Positions 1 to 8,833 of a stretch of 64,000 nucleotides of DNA are shown here, piece after piece (positions within the stretch are counted from its first letter, which is position 1; each line of letters begins with the position of its first letter). This stretch comes from Escherichia coli (lineage in GTDB: Bacteria > Pseudomonadota > Gammaproteobacteria > Enterobacterales > Enterobacteriaceae), in the NCBI RefSeq assembly GCF_001677475.2, contig NZ_CP015229.1; one strand, written 5' to 3'. The notes under the pieces are model-generated. The model had not been told where the DNA came from, did no database searches, and worked only from the letters and a program-made list of their open reading frames with translations. The position numbers and the translations under genes are program-made.

Positions 1-138
1 CCGTCATTTACTGCCATGCTAATGCAGAATTTCTCCGATAATTTATTGTTTATCATGATCGCCAGCGTATCGTTTATCTATTTGCTGATGCTGCTTCGCA
101 ACGCCGGTCATACGCCGAAACCCGTTGCTCACGTGTAA
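1..138 (+). CDS. ycaD: C-terminal end of an MFS-type transporter, 5' part outside the window
   Basis: Open frame from the window edge to TAA at 136-138; hydrophobic C-terminus; position upstream of ycaM matches K-12 order. Symbol is by synteny only. Confidence 0.45.
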
Positions 139-347
139 ATGAATTAACGCAGAGTGTGAACTTACTGTTTCACACTCTGCTTTTCTGTTTCTTCTCTCTG
201 ACTTGCTTTTTTCAAAATTTTATTCGTTTCAAAATAAAATGTGCAGCAGGTTATAATTTTGCATTTCGCTATTTCCGCACTTCTTATTTGCCGCGCATAA
301 TCCTTCGTTTTACAGATGCCCCTTTAATTTTGGCGAAGGATTTGTCT

Positions 348-1778
348 ATGGCTGGGAATGTTCAGGAAAAACAGCTGCGATGGTACAACATTGCGCTGAT
401 GTCTTTTATCACTGTCTGGGGTTTTGGCAACGTTGTTAATAACTACGCCAACCAGGGGCTGGTGGTTGTTTTTTCATGGGTGTTTATCTTTGCGCTCTAT
501 TTCACACCTTATGCGCTAATTGTTGGCCAGTTAGGCTCGACCTTCAAAGATGGGAAGGGCGGGGTCAGTACCTGGATTAAACACACGATGGGACCCGGAC
601 TGGCTTACCTCGCCGCGTGGACCTACTGGGTAGTGCATATTCCCTATCTGGCACAAAAACCCCAGGCAATACTGATTGCGCTCGGTTGGGCGATGAAAGG
701 CGACGGTTCGCTAATCAAAGAATATTCAGTCGTAGCGTTACAGGGGTTAACGCTGGTGCTGTTTATCTTCTTTATGTGGGTTGCTTCACGCGGTATGAAA
801 TCGCTGAAAATCGTCGGTTCTGTGGCAGGGATTGCGATGTTTGTTATGTCGCTCCTGTATGTGGCGATGGCGGTAACCGCGCCTGCGATTACTGAAGTGC
901 ATATTGCGACCACAAACATTACCTGGGAAACGTTCATTCCTCATATCGACTTTACCTACATTACCACTATTTCAATGCTGGTTTTCGCGGTTGGCGGAGC
1001 AGAGAAGATTTCTCCTTACGTTAATCAAACGCGCAACCCAGGAAAAGAATTTCCAAAAGGGATGTTATGCCTGGCGGTGATGGTTGCGGTTTGTGCCATT
1101 CTGGGCTCACTGGCGATGGGGATGATGTTTGACTCGCGTAATATCCCGGATGACTTAATGACTAACGGTCAGTATTACGCCTTTCAGAAGCTGGGCGAGT
1201 ATTACAACATGGGTAATACTTTAATGGTGATTTATGCCATTGCGAATACCCTGGGACAAGTAGCTGCGCTGGTATTCTCGATTGATGCACCGCTTAAAGT
1301 GTTATTAGGCGATGCCGACAGCAAATATATTCCAGCAAGTTTATGTCGTACCAACGCTTCTGGTACGCCCGTTAATGGCTATTTTCTGACCCTGGTGCTG
1401 GTGGCGATCCTGATAATGCTACCGACTCTCGGCATTGGTGATATGAACAATCTCTATAAATGGCTGTTGAATCTTAACTCGGTAGTGATGCCGCTGCGTT
1501 ATTTGTGGGTATTTGTTGCGTTTATTGCTGTCGTTCGCCTGGCGCAGAAATATAAACCAGAGTATGTCTTTATTCGTAATAAGCCGATGGCAATGACCGT
1601 CGGGATATGGTGTTTTGCCTTTACCGCTTTTGCATGCCTGACAGGAATTTTCCCTAAAATGGAAGCCTTCATTGCAGAGTGGACATTCCAATTGGCACTG
1701 AACATTACTACGCCATTTGTCCTCGTTGGACTGGGGCTGATATTCCCGCTGCTTGCACGTAAAACGAATACAAAATAG
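348..1778 (+). CDS. ycaM: APC-family amino acid transporter YcaM (476 aa)
   Basis: ORF-track 156..1778; ATG at 348 preceded by AAGGA (336-340); multi-pass membrane protein starting MAGNVQEKQLRWYN. Confidence 0.9.
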   Translation: MAGNVQEKQLRWYNIALMSFITVWGFGNVVNNYANQGLVVVFSWVFIFALYFTPYALIVGQLGSTFKDGKGGVSTWIKHTMGPGLAYLAAWTYWVVHIPYLAQKPQAILIALGWAMKGDGSLIKEYSVVALQGLTLVLFIFFMWVASRGMKSLKIVGSVAGIAMFVMSLLYVAMAVTAPAITEVHIATTNITWETFIPHIDFTYITTISMLVFAVGGAEKISPYVNQTRNPGKEFPKGMLCLAVMVAVCAILGSLAMGMMFDSRNIPDDLMTNGQYYAFQKLGEYYNMGNTLMVIYAIANTLGQVAALVFSIDAPLKVLLGDADSKYIPASLCRTNASGTPVNGYFLTLVLVAILIMLPTLGIGDMNNLYKWLLNLNSVVMPLRYLWVFVAFIAVVRLAQKYKPEYVFIRNKPMAMTVGIWCFAFTAFACLTGIFPKMEAFIAEWTFQLALNITTPFVLVGLGLIFPLLARKTNTK

Positions 1779-1786
1779 TCATCATG

Positions 1787-1802
1787 CCCCGGTTCGCCGG
1801 GG
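1787..1802 (+). terminator. GC hairpin just after the ycaM stop (CCCCGG-TTCG-CCGGGG)
   Basis: Perfect 6-bp inverted repeat with a 4-nt loop read directly from the sequence; no strong T-run follows, so it may be only a stabilising hairpin. Confidence 0.35.
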
Positions 1803-2875
1803 CTGTGATATCAAATAGACTAAAATTAGATCAGGCCTGATAAGGCAAAAGTTAAGTTTTTCTTAAGAGATGAAAGAAAATCAACGCTACCGTGATAATA
1901 CGAATTTTAGTTATCGGAGACCATTATTTTTAGATATGGTGATAGTTTTAATTATTGGTTATTTTGCAAGTTATTATTTTGGGCTCTGGAGTAAACTCTT
2001 GCGCATAGTAATAACATGATTTTTACGGCTAAATTTTCAACAAAGATTGGTAATGTAAACTCGTATTTTTTGATTTGCATCAATGAATTCGCACGTTGCT
2101 AATTATGGTTAAATTTGCTGAGAATGATTGCGGTTATTGTTTGGATATGCAGATGGTATATTGATTCACTGGCGTAATATTCTGTAAAAATTATATTTTA
2201 TAGTGTTTTAATCTGGCAAAAATCATCTCCCGACAGAATCTTCTCATGCCTGGTGTAGTTCACAGTCTTTTGTTTTAAAAATAAAATAGTGCTCTAATGT
2301 TGCATCTATTGTTTTATCGAGCGTGTGTTCCTGAAAATATTTATCTGTTAGGTTGATGGACAAATTACAGCCTGGGCAGTGAAATTTTCACGATCACTTT
2401 CTGACTAAATCTTACTTTAAGGTTACTGATTAATATATTTGGGCTAAGAGAGTCGTATTACACATGTCTCAAAAAAGATAAATAAACAGAAAGGATTACT
2501 CACAATAGATACTAATAACACTTTTGGATAGTTATAGAGTAGAAGCCACGACTCAGCAGGATGTAGTAGCTGTGTTGTTATAAGTTAATTTTTTCATGGC
2601 TAAATTATTTCGTTGAAAAATTAACGAAAGGCGGTAGCGTGGGTGAAAGATACAAAATGAGTGTTACATATAACAATATTACCTTGGTTAAAATAGAATG
2701 AATGATAATCACCTGTGGAAATTAAGAAAAAAGTAATCTTCTCATCATGATATATTTTTTATATGGAATAGTGAAATTAATAAAATCATAAAGAGGAGAG
2801 CAACATCGTCTAATATACAGAACGTTATACGATATGATATGAAGCTATTAATAACATTTTAGTCAGAATACCAGT
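1803..2875 (+). promoter_or_regulatory. About 1.1 kb AT-rich ORF-free leader upstream of the five-gene module; presumed promoter and silencing region
   Basis: No ORF of 60 aa or more on either strand; very AT-rich with A/T tracts; directly upstream of a co-directional gene array. Promoter positions not resolved. Confidence 0.3.
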
Positions 2876-5224
2876 ATGTATAGCATTACCGAAAAATTAA
2901 ACTCAAGATTTAACACTGCGGTTATATTAGCTGTTACTGTCTATATTGTCTTGTCATTTATTACCGCAATTGATTTCCATAAAAAAATAGCAGAAAACTC
3001 TGCACAGATTAACCTTATACTCATCAATAACAATTTGAATAATTTTTTTTCTAAAGTTGAAAAAGAGGCTGATGCATTAAAAGATGCAATCTATCTGTTA
3101 CATGATGAAGATGAAATAAAGCGAGCAGTCCTTCATCGCATGAAAAAAATAGACGCGGTTAATTTAGTAGGGATAATGCTCAATAATGGAAAATATCTTA
3201 GCTTTATTCGAACTGAGAATGGGGAGGTAAAATTTCTGGGGCAATCAGAACCCGGTAAACCTTTTATTGGTGACGATGGTGATATCAGCGATAACTACTT
3301 TAATCCGGAATCACGCCCATGGAATAAATTACCGAGGGGGACTTATTCAAAATGGTCACCATGGTATAATTGTTATGGTATTGCCGGAAAAAAATGTTTT
3401 TCGTTTTCACTACGACCATCCGAAGAAGAAAAAAATTCATTTGCTTTGAAGTTAATACATCTGGATGTTGATGAAAAATATTTCAGTAATTTTTTAAATA
3501 AACTGGGTGGTGATTCTGATATTTTATTCATGGAACAAAACAAAAGGATTATGGTGGGTAATGAAAAATCAATGTTACATCTTATTGTCCGTGATTTATC
3601 GGGAAGTTATAACATAAGCAATAATAGTGGCAACTATACAGACAATGTTATCTCACTCCCCTGGCTTCCTGATGTCAGATTCCATTATTTCCACTATCAA
3701 AAATCAGAAGATACAAACATCAATAAATATTTTACACTGATGTTTTTATGTGGCTTGGTTTGTTTCTGTTTATTATGGTATATCGTTGAAAAAATAACAA
3801 GAAAAATCAAAGGTGAATCCAGCAAACTGATAGAACATCTGAAAAAATTAGCTAATTCAGTATATCGCAACGACACAATTGATATTGTGCAAAATGACAG
3901 TGGTGAGATTGTTGAACTCAAAAAGATCATTAATAATATCAGCGATAAATACAAGGAGCGTATGGACCGATTACTTAATCTTGTGTCCTATGAACAAGGA
4001 AGTTGCTTTTATATTAATAAGGCTATTATTGAAACTAATAATAAAACCTATTTGGCAATTGGTATGCTTTGCATCTATGGATTAGAGTTTGTTGAAGCGG
4101 TATATGGAAATCAGAAATTTCATGAGATTTTTAATGATATAAAATCTAAGATATCACAAAAATATTCAAAATATTGTGATATCGTAAAAATCTCAACTGA
4201 AACATACTTGTTGCTATGTCACACTGATTGCGAAGAGTTCATCGAAAAATTATCGGTTTTAAACTTTCCTGAACATATATTTTGCATAAGAAATATATAT
4301 ATCCACAAGATTGCCATTTGCGAAAATTTTTCAGGGGAAAATGTATCGATTTATGAAAGGAAACTGAAACTGGCATTAACAGCTATGCGGGAAAATAAAG
4401 AATCTGAATTTATTTTTTATGATGACATCAAAGTCCATGAACTTGATCAAAAGGTCTGGGTGGCAGGAAATATAAAAAAAGCGATTGCGAGTAATGAGCT
4501 TTATTTAGTATATCAACCGATTGTTGATATGGATAATAATAGGGTTGTAGGCGCAGAGGCGTTATGTCGCTGGTTGTCCTGCGAAAATGGGGTAATACCG
4601 CCATCAATTTTTGTACCTGTTGCTGAAGAAATAGGATTAATTAAAGAACTGGGTGATTTTGTTCTCGAAACAGCTATTAGCGAATTTGGGGTGTTTAGTT
4701 GTGAATATGAGGTTGCTAACGATTTTCTCCTGCATATCAATGTTTCTCCCTGGCAATTAAATGAATTTGACTTCCACACTCGTGTTCTTACTTTAATTAA
4801 TGCATTTGGTGTAAATGTTGAACAAATCTGCCTGGAGATCACCGAATCAGCAGTAAAAGATATAAATGATAGCTTTTACAATAATATAAATATTTTAAAA
4901 GAAAATGGTATCAAGATTTCCCTTGATGATTTCGGAAGTGGATTAGCTGACCTGAAAAAACTTTATAAAGTAAGACCTGATAGCATTAAAATTGATTCAG
5001 AGTTTACCTCTGGTATTTTCGATGAAACTAACAAGGTTGTATATTTTATATCCAATCTTGCTCGTGAAGAAAATATGCCGGTAATAGCTGAAGGTGTTGA
5101 AACTGAAAGTCAGGCTAGAGAGTTGCAAAAATTAGGATTTTCTCATGTTCAGGGATACTTATACCAGAAACCGTTACCGTTTTCAGAATGGCATATAGAC
5201 AACAAACCGAAAAAAAGAAAATAA
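2876..5224 (+). CDS. Membrane-anchored c-di-GMP phosphodiesterase: TM, periplasmic domain, TM, degenerate GGDEF-like linker, EAL domain (782 aa)
   Basis: EAL-domain signatures present: GAEALCRW, LEITES, DDFGSG, IKIDSEF, EGVETESQ, QGY. Two hydrophobic segments flank a ~250 aa region. No GGDEF/GGEEF motif in the linker. Confidence 0.8.
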   Translation: MYSITEKLNSRFNTAVILAVTVYIVLSFITAIDFHKKIAENSAQINLILINNNLNNFFSKVEKEADALKDAIYLLHDEDEIKRAVLHRMKKIDAVNLVGIMLNNGKYLSFIRTENGEVKFLGQSEPGKPFIGDDGDISDNYFNPESRPWNKLPRGTYSKWSPWYNCYGIAGKKCFSFSLRPSEEEKNSFALKLIHLDVDEKYFSNFLNKLGGDSDILFMEQNKRIMVGNEKSMLHLIVRDLSGSYNISNNSGNYTDNVISLPWLPDVRFHYFHYQKSEDTNINKYFTLMFLCGLVCFCLLWYIVEKITRKIKGESSKLIEHLKKLANSVYRNDTIDIVQNDSGEIVELKKIINNISDKYKERMDRLLNLVSYEQGSCFYINKAIIETNNKTYLAIGMLCIYGLEFVEAVYGNQKFHEIFNDIKSKISQKYSKYCDIVKISTETYLLLCHTDCEEFIEKLSVLNFPEHIFCIRNIYIHKIAICENFSGENVSIYERKLKLALTAMRENKESEFIFYDDIKVHELDQKVWVAGNIKKAIASNELYLVYQPIVDMDNNRVVGAEALCRWLSCENGVIPPSIFVPVAEEIGLIKELGDFVLETAISEFGVFSCEYEVANDFLLHINVSPWQLNEFDFHTRVLTLINAFGVNVEQICLEITESAVKDINDSFYNNINILKENGIKISLDDFGSGLADLKKLYKVRPDSIKIDSEFTSGIFDETNKVVYFISNLAREENMPVIAEGVETESQARELQKLGFSHVQGYLYQKPLPFSEWHIDNKPKKRK

Positions 5225-5228
5225 AGCA

Positions 5229-6569
5229 ATGTTCAAATATAAAAAAAAGGCGGCAGTGATCTGTTTTTTGTATTTTTTGTGCGTCGCTGTAGTAACTTGT
5301 TATTTGTACACCATTCATGTTAAAGGCCGTATAAATTCGGTGAAGGTATCTATTGTAGATAGTGGGCTTGCAATAGCTAATGTTTCTGAGTATCGCCGCT
5401 CAGTATCTAATAATATATTTTATGAACTTGAGGTTTCGCCAGAAGAGTTGTTAAAAAAAATACGCAATAGCTTTGCTGGCTATGAAAACCCTGGATATTT
5501 GTATGATCTCGGTCCTTATATGATTAGCGATGGTAAATGTATCAAAGTCACAACGAAAGGAGATAATTTTTGTGACGACATAGTTTCCTCTATTAGGGTA
5601 ATTAATGAATTTGAAAGAGGCATTATTAGCTTAAAAAATAAGTGCTATGTTTATTATGCTCATCCCATTGCAAAACGTACAAGTTTGATATCAGTGGTAG
5701 ATCCTGAACGTTATTTATCTTTGATAAGAAATCAATCAGGGGAACGAGAAGATATCTATGTATCATTTTATGATATTAATGATAATGAAAAGAAAATCGC
5801 AGGTGATGATTTTTTGATAAATGATGCAGTATTTGAGATGTCAGCTATCACTCTGTCGTATTCTTATCTTCCAGAAATGATGTTTATTGTTGCCTATAAA
5901 AAAAGTAAATATCTATATATATGTGCGTTTTTCGTTTTTGCATCGGCAATATCTGCAGTCATAATGTATGTTTATTATGTTAAATTATTGCGTGATATTA
6001 TAAATAAGGGTAGATTGGAAAAAGAATCTATATTGTCGAATCATCAATATGATTTACGTGGAGAAAATCTATTCTTTAATACGGAAGAGATTAATGCAAT
6101 TCGAGAGATATATGACTTTGGCACTTGTGATGCATTAACCAGGGCTTCTGGTCGCCGGAGTTTTGATAAAGAAATCAAGATACTGAGAAAAAATTTTGGC
6201 TACCTGTGTCTATTTGATGTGGATAAATTTAAAACCATTAATGATAAGTTTGGTCATTTATTTGGTGATGAAGTACTCATCAAACTTGTTAATATCATTA
6301 AAGAAGAGTTACCCCGTCGTGAAGGGGAAATATACCGGTTTGGCGGTGATGAGTTTGCTATTATTTATTATGAGAAAGATAAAAATAAGCTATCAAGAAT
6401 TTTGCACAGAGTTGTTCATTTCGCCATTGGTGGGTTAAATTGTAGTTGCAGTATAGGTGTTGCCAGCACAGATGAGTGCATGAATAACATTGAACGGTTG
6501 AAATTGCTGGCAGATGAACGGTTATATAAAAGTAAGCAAAATGGCCGAGCACAGATAACGTGGTGTTGA
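5229..6569 (+). CDS. Membrane diguanylate cyclase: TM, periplasmic domain, TM, GGDEF domain (446 aa)
   Basis: Intact GGDEF motifs: DALT, FDVDKFKTINDKFGH, GDEVL, RFGGDEF. Position -9 to -6 before GGDEF reads RREG rather than RxxD, so the inhibitory I-site looks degenerate. Four bp after the preceding gene. Confidence 0.85.
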   Translation: MFKYKKKAAVICFLYFLCVAVVTCYLYTIHVKGRINSVKVSIVDSGLAIANVSEYRRSVSNNIFYELEVSPEELLKKIRNSFAGYENPGYLYDLGPYMISDGKCIKVTTKGDNFCDDIVSSIRVINEFERGIISLKNKCYVYYAHPIAKRTSLISVVDPERYLSLIRNQSGEREDIYVSFYDINDNEKKIAGDDFLINDAVFEMSAITLSYSYLPEMMFIVAYKKSKYLYICAFFVFASAISAVIMYVYYVKLLRDIINKGRLEKESILSNHQYDLRGENLFFNTEEINAIREIYDFGTCDALTRASGRRSFDKEIKILRKNFGYLCLFDVDKFKTINDKFGHLFGDEVLIKLVNIIKEELPRREGEIYRFGGDEFAIIYYEKDKNKLSRILHRVVHFAIGGLNCSCSIGVASTDECMNNIERLKLLADERLYKSKQNGRAQITWC

Positions 6570-6653
6570 TATTTTAATTTGCATGGCATTGGTCATCGAT
6601 GTTTACAAAAATCACACAGTTCAAGTTATATTATTAATGAATCGTTAAGTGCA

Positions 6654-8768
6654 ATGCTCATAAAAAATAAAGTAATATTAAACAAAATCCTTTTGGTTGT
6701 TGCTATACTGCTATGTTTTGTTTTTTTATCAATTGTTGAACAGCCCCTTGGATTTTATCAACAAACATTATTTTCAATTATTATTTGTATCGCTGCTATC
6801 TTCCTTAATTTTCTCAAAGGAAGGATAATTACTCTGATTCTAATGGGTGTTGGAATACTCATATCATCCCGATATCTATGGTGGCGTTACTCTTCTTCAG
6901 TAATCCTGGATGAATTTCCAGACTGTTTATTTTCAGTCACGCTATTAGTTGCTGAGACGTATGCATGGTTTGTTTTATTACTTGGTTACTTTCAGGTTTG
7001 CTTCCCGCTGAACCGAGAAAGTATACCCTTACCAGAGAATAAAGAAGAATGGCCCGTTGTTGATATATTAATCCCCACATATAACGAACCCTTTACAGTC
7101 GTTAAGAATACAGTTTATGGTGCGTTGGCCTTAGACTGGCCAACGGATAAATTAAATATCTGGCTCCTTGATGATGGCGCCAGGGACGAGTTCAGGAAAT
7201 TCGCGAACGAGTTAGGTATTTACTATGTCGCAAGAGAAACACATGAACATGCTAAGGCCGGAAATATAAATAATGCGCTTAAAATAGCTAATGGCGAATT
7301 TGTTGCTATTTTCGATTGCGATCATATACCCTCGGTTTCTTTTTTAAAGAAAACGATGGGCTGGTTTATCGCCGATAAAAAATTATCGATGTTGCAAACA
7401 CCACATCATTTTTTTTCCCCCGACCCTTTTGAGCGAAATTTGGGGCAGTTTCGGCAAAAGCCAAATGAAGGACACCTTTTTTATGGGTTAATCCAGAATG
7501 GTACGGATACATGGAATGCTTCATTTTTTTGTGGTTCATGTGCAATCATCCGTAGATCTGCTCTGGATGAGGTTGGAGGCATTGCAGTCGAAACAGTAAC
7601 AGAAGATGCGCATACGTCGTTACGCTTGCATCGTGCAGGTTATAGCTCTGCGTATCTTCGCTATCCTCTGGCTGCCGGGCTAGCCACCGAAACATTGTCT
7701 GCTCATATTGGACAACGGATTCGGTGGGCTCGAGGCATGATTCAAATCTTGCGTATTGACAATCCATTATTGGGCAAGGGGCTGACATTATCACAGCGCC
7801 TTTGCTATCTCAGCAGCATGATGCATTTTTTATCAGGTGTGCCACGCCTGATTTTCTTGTTCGCACCGTTATGTCCTATTTTCTTTTCGGTCAATCTGAT
7901 CGATGCATCAGTTGCAGATATTATGTCTTATGTTTTACCTTATCTATTTGTTATTATTTTAACTAATTCAAGAGTACAAGGTAAATACAGACATTCATTC
8001 TGGAATGAGATTTATGAAATGGTTCTGGCCTGGTATATTACGCTACCAACGCTTGTAGCTTTACTTGCGCCAGCAAAAGGTCGTTTTAACGTTACGGCCA
8101 AAGGGGGACTGATAAAAAATAAGTTTGTTGACTGGCGAATTTCCTATCCCTATCTTATTTTTGCTATTTTAAATGTAATCGGGCTGATAATAGGTGTTAT
8201 TAATGTTTATAGTTTGCAAGGGCATATTGCCATCTTGAATTTGTTTTGTTTAATCTGGTTGTTTTATAACGCAATTATTATTGGCGCAACTTTGGCTGTT
8301 TCTATTGAACAAAAGCAGGTGCGTTTTTCTCCCCGTATTGATGTTTCTTTCAAGGGCGTTATACAACTGGATGATGGACGGCGCTATCCTTGTTCTGTTC
8401 TTGATTTTTCCGAAGGAGGATTAGGTGTAATCCTTGATAATATCTCCGACGTAAAAGATATGCTTAAAGCACAGCAATTGTCTCTTTATCTGGATGATAG
8501 CAACGGGAAATGTGATATTCCGGTAGAAATAGTTCATGCTTACAATAATAAAATTGGTCTGAAGATTATGCCAATGAGTTATGAACAAAGTGTTAATTAT
8601 GTAAGAGCAACGTTTTCTCGTGATTCATTATGGCAAGAGTGGAATAATAAAATTAGACGGGACAATATTCTAAAGAGTTTTTTTGAAATATGTTTCATCT
8701 CTCTGAAAGGTTATTGCAATATGGTTTTTTATATTCTGCGGACACTGAAAAGCAGTTCCAAAAGTTAG
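6654..8768 (+). CDS. BcsA-family processive beta-glycosyltransferase with C-terminal PilZ domain (cellulose-synthase-like catalytic subunit)
   Basis: N-terminal TM helices; GT2 motifs DILIPTYNEP, LLDDGARDEF, FDCDH, TEDAHTS, FFCGSCAIIRR, QRIRWARG; PilZ motifs RFSPR and DFSEGGLG. ORF-track frame opens at a TTG at 6579; ATG at 6654 chosen as start, uncertain. Confidence 0.82.
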   Translation: MLIKNKVILNKILLVVAILLCFVFLSIVEQPLGFYQQTLFSIIICIAAIFLNFLKGRIITLILMGVGILISSRYLWWRYSSSVILDEFPDCLFSVTLLVAETYAWFVLLLGYFQVCFPLNRESIPLPENKEEWPVVDILIPTYNEPFTVVKNTVYGALALDWPTDKLNIWLLDDGARDEFRKFANELGIYYVARETHEHAKAGNINNALKIANGEFVAIFDCDHIPSVSFLKKTMGWFIADKKLSMLQTPHHFFSPDPFERNLGQFRQKPNEGHLFYGLIQNGTDTWNASFFCGSCAIIRRSALDEVGGIAVETVTEDAHTSLRLHRAGYSSAYLRYPLAAGLATETLSAHIGQRIRWARGMIQILRIDNPLLGKGLTLSQRLCYLSSMMHFLSGVPRLIFLFAPLCPIFFSVNLIDASVADIMSYVLPYLFVIILTNSRVQGKYRHSFWNEIYEMVLAWYITLPTLVALLAPAKGRFNVTAKGGLIKNKFVDWRISYPYLIFAILNVIGLIIGVINVYSLQGHIAILNLFCLIWLFYNAIIIGATLAVSIEQKQVRFSPRIDVSFKGVIQLDDGRRYPCSVLDFSEGGLGVILDNISDVKDMLKAQQLSLYLDDSNGKCDIPVEIVHAYNNKIGLKIMPMSYEQSVNYVRATFSRDSLWQEWNNKIRRDNILKSFFEICFISLKGYCNMVFYILRTLKSSSKS

Positions 8769-8833
8769 TTCTAATTTCTGACTGCTAATTAAATATATTG
8801 TTTGTGTTTATTATGGTTGTTGAATTTTTTAAA

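Noticed and set aside
156-347. 5' extension of the ycaM ORF to position 156
   Set aside because: The conserved protein begins at the ATG at 348, which has an AAGGA ribosome-binding site; the upstream extension is Phe/Cys-rich and runs through the likely promoter region.
2455-2760. Very short ATG-initiated frames in the AT-rich leader (for example at about 2455 and 2665)
   Set aside because: Only 5–15 codons, no convincing ribosome-binding sites, and AT-rich DNA generates such frames by chance; left as untested sORF/sRNA candidates.
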